Shown here: positions 40,179 through 49,970 of the stretch, in pieces
Layout: each line of letters begins with the position of its first letter
Position numbering within the stretch: position 1 is the first letter of the stretch
DNA from: Camelus ferus
Taxonomy: Eukaryota
DNA length: 64,000 bases
Direction of reading: 5' to 3'
NCBI RefSeq assembly: GCF_009834535.1
Contig: NC_045719.1
Coordinates: 7,254,001-7,318,000 of the forward strand
Position numbers and translations under genes: made by a program
The notes under the pieces: model-generated
Told to the model about the DNA's origin: nothing
The model's database searches: none
The model's input: only the letters and a program-made list of their open reading frames with translations

Positions 40179-40368
40179 CTACAAATACGCTATTCGGCGT
40201 CCTTTGTTTTTAACCCTTTGTTTATACCTTTTCCCTAGGACAGCCGCCAAGTATTTCTTAACAGCCATTTGTTTCCGGTAGCGGCTGTAACTGTCGGTGA
40301 AGATTCCGTCCGAGTGGCGCTTGGAGAGGGGCTCCGAGTCGTCGTCCGCGCCGCCGCCTAGGTTCCCA
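40179..40368 (-). CDS. ADCYAP1: Prepro-PACAP last coding exon (gene exon 5): [22 protein letters not shown]38-GRRIAYL-stop
   Basis: Contained in ORF-track entry 40179..40493. Acceptor ctttccttgcag|T at 40369 and TAG stop at 40181-40179. Spliced CDS totals 531 nt = 176 aa + stop. Confidence 0.99.
40203..40316 (-). other. ADCYAP1: Mature PACAP38 coding segment (PACAP27 = 40316-40236)
   Basis: [38 protein letters not shown], preceded by KR, with GKR after residue 27 and GRR after residue 38 (established amidation/cleavage signals). Confidence 0.99.
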
Positions 40369-41438
40369 CTGCAAGGAAAGGGGTCAGGAAGAGGGTGGCG
40401 GGGCGGGAGACACAGACTGAATAGCTGCGGGGAGCAGGCGGGCCCCACCCCACGCGGGAGCCTTCGGGGAGGGCGCGGGCTGTCAGGGACCACCGCGCCG
40501 CCTCGCTCCGCCAGACAGCAGCCGGAGGGAGGGCTGCGAAGGGAACCCCTGACTCCTCCCTCCCTATCGAGGATTTCCCGGTACTAAGGTCTTATAGACG
40601 GGGCCCCGGAGTGAGGTCCAGGACAAAGGCAACCGATTTAAGCCCAACCTCTTTCCAAACGCTCTGAGATTTGACCACCCGTGCTTTTGTGCCCAATTGT
40701 CCTGTTTCTCTAACTTCCCACGTACAAAGAAAATAACCAAAGAGCCCTAAATGCCACGTTGGCTGCTGCTATTTCACTTTACATAGGTCAGGCAATTCCT
40801 AGTCAGACATGAGTACACTTCTGCACGCTAAGTTGAAACACGTGATAGTAATATAAGTCGACAGGCTGTAGGCAATATTTTTCATCGCATTAATTATTCA
40901 TTGCGAGAAATGAAACCTGTCGTCCCATGGGTTTTATTAAAACGTTGCCTTCTGCTAAGAGATGCTTCACGCGAGCCCTGTGCTCTGGATTTGTCTGGCA
41001 CGAGCAAAAACTGTGTCCAAATTTGAGGCTTTGTTTGTTTCGATTTGAATTTACAGTAAAAGAAATGCGAGCAAAAAGAAAGTCATGCTTAGAGAATATT
41101 CTAGCAATCGTCCCACTAAGCCTGAAGGTTTTGAAGGCCTTGTTGGGGAAGGGGGGTACCCTCTCTTTTTTTAATTATTCAAAACGAATCAGACTCCCTG
41201 GTTTTCCTGCCCTCCCCTTTCCTCGCCCCATTCCCGAGTTCTCTGACTAAACTTAAGGCGCGGTCTCCGAACCTTCACCTGTGGCCGGGAACTGGCCCGG
41301 CGCAGACGCATCCTCAGCCCACGTGCACGCACGGACGTAAAGCTGCACCGCCCCCCCCCCCCCCGCGCGCTCGTACCGACACCCATCTCGGCGCGCGCGT
41401 GCTATCGCGCGCTGGTTAACTCTTTCGCAAACTCTTAC

Positions 41439-41537
41439 CCCACGCCCTTGGCCATGAGCGTCTGCAGGTATTTTCTGGCGGACAGCTGGTCCAGAACTTT
41501 TCGGTAGGCCTTGTTAAGGATCTCGTGGGCGACATCT
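41439..41537 (-). CDS. ADCYAP1: Prepro-PACAP coding exon 3 (gene exon 4): PACAP-related peptide PRP, DVAHEILNKAYRKVLDQLSARKYLQTLMA-KGV(G)
   Basis: Contained in ORF-track entry 41435..41635. Acceptor tag|A at 41538, donor GG|gtaagag at 41438. Length 99 nt. Confidence 0.97.
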
Positions 41538-41987
41538 CTAACAGGGAGGCAAAGTGCGCACCCGGGGTCACAAACTCTGTCCCCAAGTGGCCGCCCCAGC
41601 ACACACACAACCCTCACCCCGGTGGGCACGCGCACCAGTCGGTGCTCAGGAAGGCTAACAGGGAAACCTCCACAGGCAGAGCACTCGGGAATAACTCTTG
41701 GGATGTTCCCGTAAATGAGTGCCAGGTACCGGAGTTCGTCCTGCCCTCCCAGGACCTTGGGTGTGGAGTCCGGCCCGGGTGCGCACTCACTGCCACTCCT
41801 TGGGCCACAGACCTTTCAGTCCCCACGCGGCCCTCCTGTCCACTCAGACTAACATGCTACTAACTTTCTGTCGCTTTCGTGGGAATCAGCCGGGGAGAAG
41901 AGGCTTTAGGGCTTTTATGAAAAAGAATCTACTCCGTGGGCCGACCCCCTGCTCTTCCCCCTTCAGTCCGGGGCGGCGCGGACTTAC

Positions 41988-42119
41988 CTCTCCTCCGCGG
42001 GGTAGTAGAGCGCGTAGGCGTCGCCCAGCGCGGAGGCGGGGCTCCCCACGCCCGGCGGGTCCGAGTCGTAGAAGTCCTGCAGCGGGCTTCCGTCCTCGTC
42101 GTACGCGTCGTCCTCCGGC
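41988..42119 (-). CDS. ADCYAP1: Prepro-PACAP coding exon 2 (gene exon 3): cryptic peptide PEDDAYDEDGSPLQDFYDSDPPGVGSPASALGDAYALYYPAEE(R)
   Basis: Acceptor cag|G at 42120, donor AG|gtaagtc at 41987. The 132 nt continue the frame of the previous exon. Confidence 0.96.
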
Positions 42120-44257
42120 CTGCCGGAGTAGCCGGGGGCAGGAGTGGTCAATGCAGGTCCTTCTGCGGCTCTGCGAGGACCTGAAGACCCCTAGGGGCTC
42201 GCACGACTTTCTGTCTTCCTAAAAGCCCCCCTTGGAGAACTGCGTCTTCTCCGGGTGGGTTGGGGGTAGTACACCCAACAAATTCCCAACCCCCCTGTCG
42301 CGGGGAAAGGTTTCTCTGCCGGGGCCGGGGCCGCGGCCTCAGCTGGCACTGGGAAGCGGAGGCTTCTCCGCTGACCTCGCACACCTGGCCGCGGTAGAGG
42401 ACCGCCCGGCTCCCGGCCTGGTGCCTGAGCCAACCTCCACAAGTATCCTCGGGCGGGTACGAGAAAGGCCCTGGGAGACAAGGCGCTGGCCAAGCGAAGA
42501 CCGGATGGGGTAGGCCCGGAGCCAGAGAGGGTGGATGGGTTGGGGAGTCAGGCGGCCAACGAGGCAGCCACCCCCACCCAGCCTCCGAGCCCAGGGGAGC
42601 CCTTCCCCGCGCAGATGTAGGTCACGGAGAACCTCCGGCTTCTATTTTGGGCGGGAGAGGATCTGGCAGGAATATGAATAATAGATGCCCCTGAATTTAG
42701 CCTGTTTGGCGGCGGCTCATTCTGTGGCGTCTCCCCGCCCTCCGGTGCCTCTCGCCCGGAGAAAGTGCTAGGCACGCGGGACTTTGAAAATAGCTGGGGG
42801 TGAAATAGGCCTTTTAAGTACAGTAAGTAGTTCGCGCTAATCTGTCAGTGGTGGCGGTACGGCAGAACCGCATTTCAACCCCCATGCAAAGGGAAAGGGT
42901 CAGCGGGTCAACAGGGATCTCGCAATCGCCCTCGTCTACTGCCTCAATCCTTGATATAGGACGCGAGAGGTGGGTTAAAATACAAAAACCCCTCGCTTTT
43001 GGCTTCTGGAGAGACTCGGAAAGCGGCCAAGGCAAGTAGCACTCTTTAGAAGAGGTTAGTCATACTTCATTACTCCGCTCGCCTTTCCACCATCCCTGAA
43101 GAGGTAAGGGCGAAGCAGGCACATGCCTGCGCCCGCCCCATACCCAGCCTTTCCTCGGCGACGCGCCTGGATGCCCTGGCCCAGCTGCCCCACGTTCCCG
43201 GTTCTTTCTGGGCACTGCCATCCCTGTCCCATGCCCAAGTGCTGGAGTCCTAATGCCGAAGCCAGAACCCTCTTCGGCCAAGTCAATGGTCAGCGGCCCC
43301 TAAGACTAACATACTTGGGCGCGGCTCGGAGGAGCAGCTTTGCGGGCAGAACGCGCGCTCCGTGCCACCGGGAGCCCGTTGGACCGCGTGGCGCAGACGC
43401 TGCGCTGCGGGGCGAGCTTCCACTCTCCTGCGGACAGGCCCGGGACTTTAGGGCTGCGGCGGGGAACCCGGGCATCGCCGACCAATTAGAAACCAGGAAT
43501 TAAGAAAAATCCAGAATTACTCCAACCTGGGGTGGGTAGGGCTACCGTCCCGGTACTGGCTGCCTGCTAGCTTTCTCTTCCTCCTTCCTAGCATCCGTTT
43601 CTCCCCCTCCCTCTCAGACTCATACTTGTTTTTCCATCTCTCACATCGCGTCTTCTTAACTCTACTCGGCCAACACTCCCCCTCCCCAAGACTCAAAATG
43701 CAGGCGTAAAACGTTATCACTTGAGAGAAAGCTCCTCCAGTGGGAAAAAATCGAATAGAGGTGAGAGGGAGAGCAGAGCAGAGGAGAGGGAGGGAGACCC
43801 CGCCCCGATAGTCCGGAACAAGCTGTAACAAAGCAAAGTCCACAGGAGCGTCGCTCTCCAGCCCCTCCAACCTGGCTCCATGAGCCGAAGTTCTCCTAGC
43901 TCCAGCTAAGAATAGGAAAAAGAAGTCAAGCTCCGGGCCCTGCCCTGCCCCCCTCCCGCGGGCGGGGCTGGGGAAGGGGAGGTTTCTCCAGTCCGCGGAA
44001 GTGCGCTCGCTCCACCCGGGCCCCTAGGCTGCGGCGGGCTGGGGGAGGGGCGCGGAGCCCTAGTGGAGCCTGCCCTTGTCCTCGGGCTGAGCCAGGGACG
44101 GGTACCCTCGGCCGGACCCAGGCTGGCGGCAGCGGAGTGGTGGTGAATGGGGAGATGGTCGTGGCCCGGACCGAGGAACTGCAGGAAGGCGACCACGAAG
44201 AGGTGTCAGGGGAAGGGAAGCCCCAGCCTCAGCTCAGCCCGGGCGGCCAGCACTTAC

Positions 44258-44367
44258 CTGATCCCAGGGAACCGGAGTCCTGCGGCGGCAGGTGAGCAGT
44301 AAACGCTGCTGTGCATTATTATCCCGTAAACCAGCAGGGCCAGCCTCGCTCCGCTACACATGGTCAT
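44258..44367 (-). CDS. ADCYAP1: Prepro-PACAP coding exon 1 (gene exon 2): signal peptide, MTMCSGARLALLVYGIIMHSSVYCSPAAAGLRFPGI(R)
   Basis: Manual reverse-strand translation matches the mammalian PACAP precursor N-terminus. Acceptor is cgcag|aATG (exon starts 44368) and donor is AG|gtaagtg at 44257. Length 110 nt. Confidence 0.97.
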
Positions 44368-44698
44368 TCTGCGCAGGACGGGAAAGAGAGCACACAGCAC
44401 TCAGGACTAGCTTGCCTTCTGCCCACCAAACCCGAGAAACTCCCCGAGCTAGGGGAGGGATGGAGCTCACCTCCGGCTCCCTATGTTGAATACCGCCTAA
44501 CGACAACCCGCTCGCCTGCCTCTTCCTTCTCGCTGTAGTTAGAAAATGCATGTATATGTGTAAACCCAGTGCCCAATAACTCGCTAGACCAAGTGAGAAG
44601 GATAGCTAACTCGTGCCCTGAAGCCGGCGAAAGAACTAGCTGTCAAGTGAGTTGTTTGGTTTGGTAAGATTTTCCCCCCCTTACCATTCAACTCTTAC

Positions 44699-44906
44699 CG
44701 CTGCTAGGAGAGGGTTTGCTGCCAAGTCGGACGGCCGGCAAAAGGCTTCTCCAAGTTTCTGCGCTGGAGTCACAGCTCAAGGAGCATCACGGTCTGGCGT
44801 TAGTGTCTAAGCAGAAGCCGCCGGAAGGAGCAGCAGCAGCAGGAGGAGTTGGAGGACTTGTTTGCTGAGGCCAGTATTCTGTTCAAAAGTTTGTAGATGC
44901 ACAGAA
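44699..44906 (-). other. ADCYAP1: ADCYAP1 non-coding 5'UTR exon (1B-like); alternative donor at 44685; 5' boundary uncertain and may extend to about 45218
   Basis: Donors GCG|gtaaga (44699) and ATG|gtaagg (44685) lie ~330 nt before the first coding exon. A long pyrimidine tract ending ccttcctag| at 44907 suggests an acceptor. Confidence 0.65.
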
Positions 44907-45209
44907 CTAGGAAGGAGGGTGACACCGAGAGAAGGCGAGGAGAGAGATGTAGAAGGAAGAAAGAGGAGGCGACGAGCTAAGCGGGGGTGGGGGGCAAAGT
45001 GGCCGTAAATCCACCGGGAGAAAGAAGTGATAAGGAAAGAGGAAAAGTCGAAGAAGGAGAGGAAGGAGAGAGAGAGGGCCTCGGCGCGGCCGGAGTCTGT
45101 GGGAGTCGCCCGGTCAGGCAGCTCCGCGAGTCGGCAGCGCCTTCTCTGTTCAGAGGCCCCTCTGGCTGCGTCTGAAGCTTTGGCTTCTTCTGCTGCTGCT
45201 GCCGGTGGT

Positions 45210-45380
45210 TACAGAGGTGACCGGCCCTCTCCTCCTATTTATATGTGCAGTTAGCAGAAATCTCTCAACATGGTTTTAGGAAAGCCTTCCTTGTCAACAT
45301 CTGTCTGCCTATGGCCTTTAAGTACAGAATATTTTGTTGCACTGTTGCGCTCCGATTTTTATTCATGGAATGACTTCCTT
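45210..45380 (-). promoter_or_regulatory. ADCYAP1 core/proximal promoter with TATA-like TATAAATA (45243-45236)
   Basis: Minus strand reads CATATAAATAGG, followed ~25 nt later by Inr-like TCACCT. A Pit-1/GHF-1-like TATTCAT lies at 45360-45366. The element sits at the edge of the CpG island. Confidence 0.6.
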
Positions 45381-45536
45381 NNNNNNNNNNNNNNNNNNNN
45401 NNNNNNNNNNNNNNNNNNNNNNNNNNNNNNNNNNNNNNNNNNNNNNNNNNNNNNNNNNNNNNNNNNNNNNNNNNNNNNNNNNNNNNNNNNNNNNNNNNNN
45501 NNNNNNNNNNNNNNNNNNNNNNNNNNNNNNNNNNNN
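45381..45536. other. N-run of 156 nt. Others: 13465-13656, 15305-15440, 27782-27961, 37805-37960, 37988-38200, 39951-40106, 62958-63115
   Basis: Undetermined bases in the supplied sequence. Confidence 0.99.
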
Positions 45537-45924
45537 TTAAGAAGTGTAATTATTTTATTTGTTTTCAGTTTTACCCATTTCTCAAGGATGGGTAAAAAAA
45601 TTATAGGACTTTAAGGATTGTGAAAATCGTGGTTTTAACTATGTCCCTATTATTTCTTTTTGCTTTTTCATCAAGCCCCAGCAATCAGAGCTCTGGTCTT
45701 TGGAATTAAGCATCATCAAGCTCTCCTATTAATAAATTTAATTTAGATCTCCTAATTTTTTGCGTATGTTCTTTTAGATGGACAATTAAATGTGGGAGTC
45801 GTTTTGTTTTTAAAGGAAAGTCTTGGAGGATTTTCAGTAAATCGCTAATGAGTCTGGCTGTAGTTGACAGTCTGGCTCTAAGTAGATTGATTAGAGTTAA
45901 AGCCGCGTCCGGAGCATGGCCTGT

Positions 45925-45951
45925 GGAGCTGTCCAGGCTTTGAGTGCTGAA
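45925..45951 (-). promoter_or_regulatory. Non-canonical RE1/NRSE (REST site) with 8-nt spacer
   Basis: TTCAGCACT-caaagcct-GGACAGCTCC. Left half matches TTCAGCACC at 8/9 and right half matches GGACAGCGCC at 9/10. Confidence 0.65.
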
Positions 45952-46949
45952 CTGTTTGGTCGCAGATGCTGCAAACATTGAAAATTGCCACTAGTTTAGT
46001 TTTTCACCAGAGCCTCTAACTCTGAAGATTTTGTCCTGGTGCCTTTATTGTGGCTATTCATGGTCCAAGTCATCCTGCTGTTCAGATACATCCCTCCCTT
46101 GCAGTGTCCATGAATGCTGAGAACTGTCCAAAATCTGCCTAGATTTGAGTAAAGAGCATTCTATTAGACCTGGTTTTGTAATCTCTAGATGGCCTGTGCC
46201 TCTTACTAATTTAAAACATTTCAATTGTGAAGTTTTATTTTCCACAACAAATAAAACTTTAAGAATCTGGCAGTGAGAAGTGTGTTTTTCCCCTTTATTT
46301 ACAACTTGAGTTCTGTTTGGAGGAAATACAGACTTGGAAGCACGAGAATTCCCAGTACAAGTTCACTTGCTGAGGGTTTCTAACGGGAATCCCTCTATTG
46401 GGGATTGTTAAAATTTTTTTAACTGAAAATGACTTAGGGAGAAGAAAGCAATAAGGGAAGACCACATCCACCTGGAGGCTTCCAAGTCCCTGGGTAATTT
46501 AAGAAGATTCATAAATTTCTACTCCAGTAAGAGAACTCTAATCTATTTCTTTTAAAAAGGAAACAGAGCCATCGATAACCATTAGCGTGCATTTTAATTA
46601 TTTGGATCTTATACAGAAATTAGAGGAAATGCATTTAGTGAGAGTATTTCCTGTTACTATGATTTAGATCTAACAATAAAACAAGCTATATTGGTTCTGC
46701 ATGCTTTTTCTAGGACAAAATTATAATGCTTCTCATTCTCATGCCTTTCCCACTCTCTTATTTGAGATTTAATACTTCCTCCAAGAAGACAGTTTTGCTT
46801 CGTCCTGGCCATGATTGTCCAGAAACTGCCACTGCCTCTTAGTTTGTTCCTGGGGATGCTCCAGATTGCCTTTCTGCAATAAAGATTCAAACCACATCTA
46901 CATGGGGATATACCTCTTTGTCTCCACAGCATATGTTCGCTGAGTTATG

Positions 46950-48250
46950 TTGGAGTGTTTACATGCGTGTGCTGCGTGTCCGCTCTGCCTCTGGAGTAAG
47001 CTCACACACAAAAAGCTGGCGGTGAACACGACCGGATAATCAAGCAGAGACCAAAGCTATTACCGCCTGTGGCTTTCCTGTCTTCCGCCTCGCTTCACGT
47101 CAAAGGTGGACCCGATTAAAATCCTTACTCTTTCCTCCCACGCGAATTCTGAAATGAGTTCAATCTGTAGAAATATTTGAAAATTTCCAAGACTGCTTGT
47201 GCAAATTCACTACTCAACTTTAGTAAAGGGAGCCACCATGTGGGGAGTTTGTTGACTTCATGGCCTATTAAAGGAGGAAGACCGCAAACGCCGTTAACTT
47301 GATGCGGGGGATGACGAACTGCCAGCTCCACGGACCGCAAGAATCCGAACTGCGCCTCTGGTTCACAAAGGCTGTGCCACTCGTCTCTTCTCAGCGTGAA
47401 CGCTGTGAGCGCGGGGTCTCAGGGCCCAGCACGCCCGAATTACTGGCCTCGAGGCCGGAACCCATTCACTGAAGTGAAAAACTAGGCAGAGAATTTAATT
47501 TGAGATTCATGGTCACTGAACACCAAAAAATCAAGCTTTGGAGAGCCATGCATCGCTCAGCACAGCCCAAAGACCTGCCCAGCCCCTACCCACAGCTGCC
47601 TGGGGGACTCGAACCCCGGACAGGATCATCCCGCGGAACTTTAGTGTCACTGACCGTTTCCTATTAGGCGACTTTGTTGTCCTGTGGGCAAGGATGCTGT
47701 CCTATTCTCGAAAGTTCTAACCCTGGGCCCCTGGGCCTGGCTTTTCTGGGAAGGCTGAGGAAATCAAGGCACTAGATGCTGGGGACCGTCGAGAACTTCA
47801 AGCGTCTGGGTCTGCACCCCTGCCTCGGCAGACCCTCGGCGCGAGCGCAAGCCCTTTCTGCTTTCTTTTAGATGGAGGGGACTATGGGGCCACCGATGTC
47901 TCAAGGACCAGAACTACCCCCATGTGCCCCGACCTCGGTAATTTGCTTCTAATCTCCGGAGCATTCTAACTCGAGCTTTAACCCTGCTTTCAGGGGACCT
48001 TTATGTCTGGGGCCATTGGGGAGCGGCGAGGAGGAGGCGCAAGTCAGGCCAAAACGCCAGGCTGGAGAGGCCCGGATCCACCCCGGAGCGAGTTGATAAG
48101 GTGTCCCGGCCCGGGGCCCGCGCAGGAAACCGCGGCGGCATGTGTGCACTTGTTCACTCACTGCAAATGAAGGCACCAACCTGGCTTAAAGCGAGGGGTG
48201 GGGCCTGGGCCACGGGAACGGAGGACCCTCAACTAATGCGACCTTTGAGG
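46950..48250. promoter_or_regulatory. Upstream CpG-rich segment
   Basis: Many CpGs and no recognisable repeat. Contains the RE1-like site and a CRE-like TGACGTGA (minus strand, 47095-47102). Confidence 0.65.
47321..47341 (+). promoter_or_regulatory. Canonical-spacing RE1/NRSE-like element
   Basis: GCCAGCTCCACGGACCGCAAG matches TTCAGCACCACGGACAGCGCC at 14/21 with most of the core kept. It lies ~2.1 kb upstream of the TATA, near where a neural-restrictive silencer is reported for the rodent gene. Confidence 0.55.
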
Positions 48251-49970
48251 AAGAAGGGAGAAGAGGAGGGAGACTGAGAGAATTGAGGAGTGGGGGTTGG
48301 GGGAAAGGGGGCAGAGCCTTCCGCTTTTGTCCTGTTCTTGCCCGGTTTCTTTCCCAGAAGGATTTTTATATCCTCCTAAGGTGACAGGCTTAGAGCGAGA
48401 GAGAAGCCTTCAAATCGCCCATATATAATTGAAAATGACATGTGAAAAGAGGGAGGGGCCGAAGGGAGGGACCCTAGAGTTAGAACTTCCTATTTACTGA
48501 TAACACAAAGGACTTTTCAAGTCTTCTTTCCGACAGCCCCTCCTCCCAGGCAACAAAGTTTCTTTCCCGACCATGGAAGCAAAGAATGGCGTATATCTGG
48601 AATCATGTTCGGATGGAAAAGCTAGTGGTACCACAGAAATCTTTAGAGTGGAAGGTCTCGCCTATGTAGTCTGTGAGTCAGAGGGACAGAAGACGTCCCT
48701 TTCAGGCTAAGCTGTGACCTACCCAGAAGAGGCTGTTTGGAAATATTTGTTGGAAATCATCAAAGATCTTGAATTTCAAGCCCCTAATGTATCAATTCCT
48801 CTTTATCCCGTTCATCCGTAAGATATGAAAACATAAATTTTGGTCTGAAGTAGTGGATGCTAGCTACAAGTCACACTAATGCTTCCCTGAACTGTTTTTC
48901 CTGGCCACAGACACATCTATCTCCTTCAAGTTTCAAGCCTTGAACCCTCGATCAACACTTGATTTTAAGGAACTCTTTAGCCCTTGAAAAAGTGGAGTTT
49001 TGTATTCAAACAGCAGGAATATGTCTAGTAAATTTACTGAAAGTTTGAATTTGCAGATGGCTTGACAACATTAGCTTTACAACATAGGCAAGACTGTTCC
49101 CTAGGATAAGGAAATTTCCACGACTTTCCTTCTGGCCTAGCTACTCAACCTACACAGTTTCCATGTGTTCACTTTTCCTTTCTTTGGCTATGAAGCTCTC
49201 CCCCTTGCCCTGTACCACCACCAGCCCCATTCCCTACCCAATGGACTATTTTGGTTTGGGTTTTTTTTTTTAACCATATGAAAGGATATGGTACACATAT
49301 CTGCACACAGCATCTTTATACATTCCTAGTATAAACAACATGAAATCAGATTGGAAAAGTCTTATATTTCCATTCTATTCATCCCTAGTCAGTGCTTAGC
49401 ATGAGAACCAGGCCATAGTAAGCTTTATCAGCGAGGAAGCTCAAGACAAAGCATCATCCTCTCATATGAGTGACAAGAGTAAATTACAACACTGTACTCA
49501 ATTTCACTCTAAATTTTTCCTCTTCTGACTTCCAGAAAATGTGATGACCAATGACTCACTTCTTACCAATTACACCTGTAGGGAAACCCAAATGTTCTGC
49601 AGCAGACCATCATGACTATCGCTTACTGGACTGTCTGCATCACGCCCTTCTGAACTCACGATGGAGGAGCTGACAGCTTACCCAGCATGTGTCATGACTT
49701 CTCTGACCTTCAGAATTTAGTGCTTCACCCACTCTGAAAAACATCAGCCAAGGAAGCCTTTCCAGACCGCATGAGCAAAAGCATCCCTCTAATTCAAGAA
49801 CAGAATTGCATGTTCACAGAGCCGAGGAATTCTGCCAGTTGCTTTAAGACAAAGCAGACTCTCAAGAAGCAAAAACTAGGATCAACCCTTTGCTGCTGGT
49901 GTGAGTGATTTTAACTATCTTACATTCATGGCTCTTCTAAGGCCTGGTTCTCTGAACATTAGTTTACTGG

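Larger units (their letters stand above)
41180..45230. promoter_or_regulatory. CpG island over ADCYAP1 exons 1-4 (smaller CpG-rich patch over exon 5, ~40290-40620)
   Basis: Dense CG dinucleotides and high GC compared with the AT-rich, CpG-depleted flanks. Confidence 0.9.

Noticed and set aside
40369-40493. ORF-track entry 40179..40493 as a single-exon PACAP gene starting MVPDSPR
   Set aside because: The N-terminal part is intron 4. A canonical acceptor at 40369 joins the real upstream exons into the 176-aa precursor.
41416-44551. Many overlapping Arg/Pro/Gly-rich ORFs on both strands (e.g. 41719..42222, 43123..43503)
   Set aside because: These are expected from stop-codon scarcity in a CpG island and are not recognisable proteins.
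46374-46383. NF-kB-like GGGAATCCCT upstream of the promoter
   Set aside because: A single 9/10 match to a degenerate motif, with no other support.
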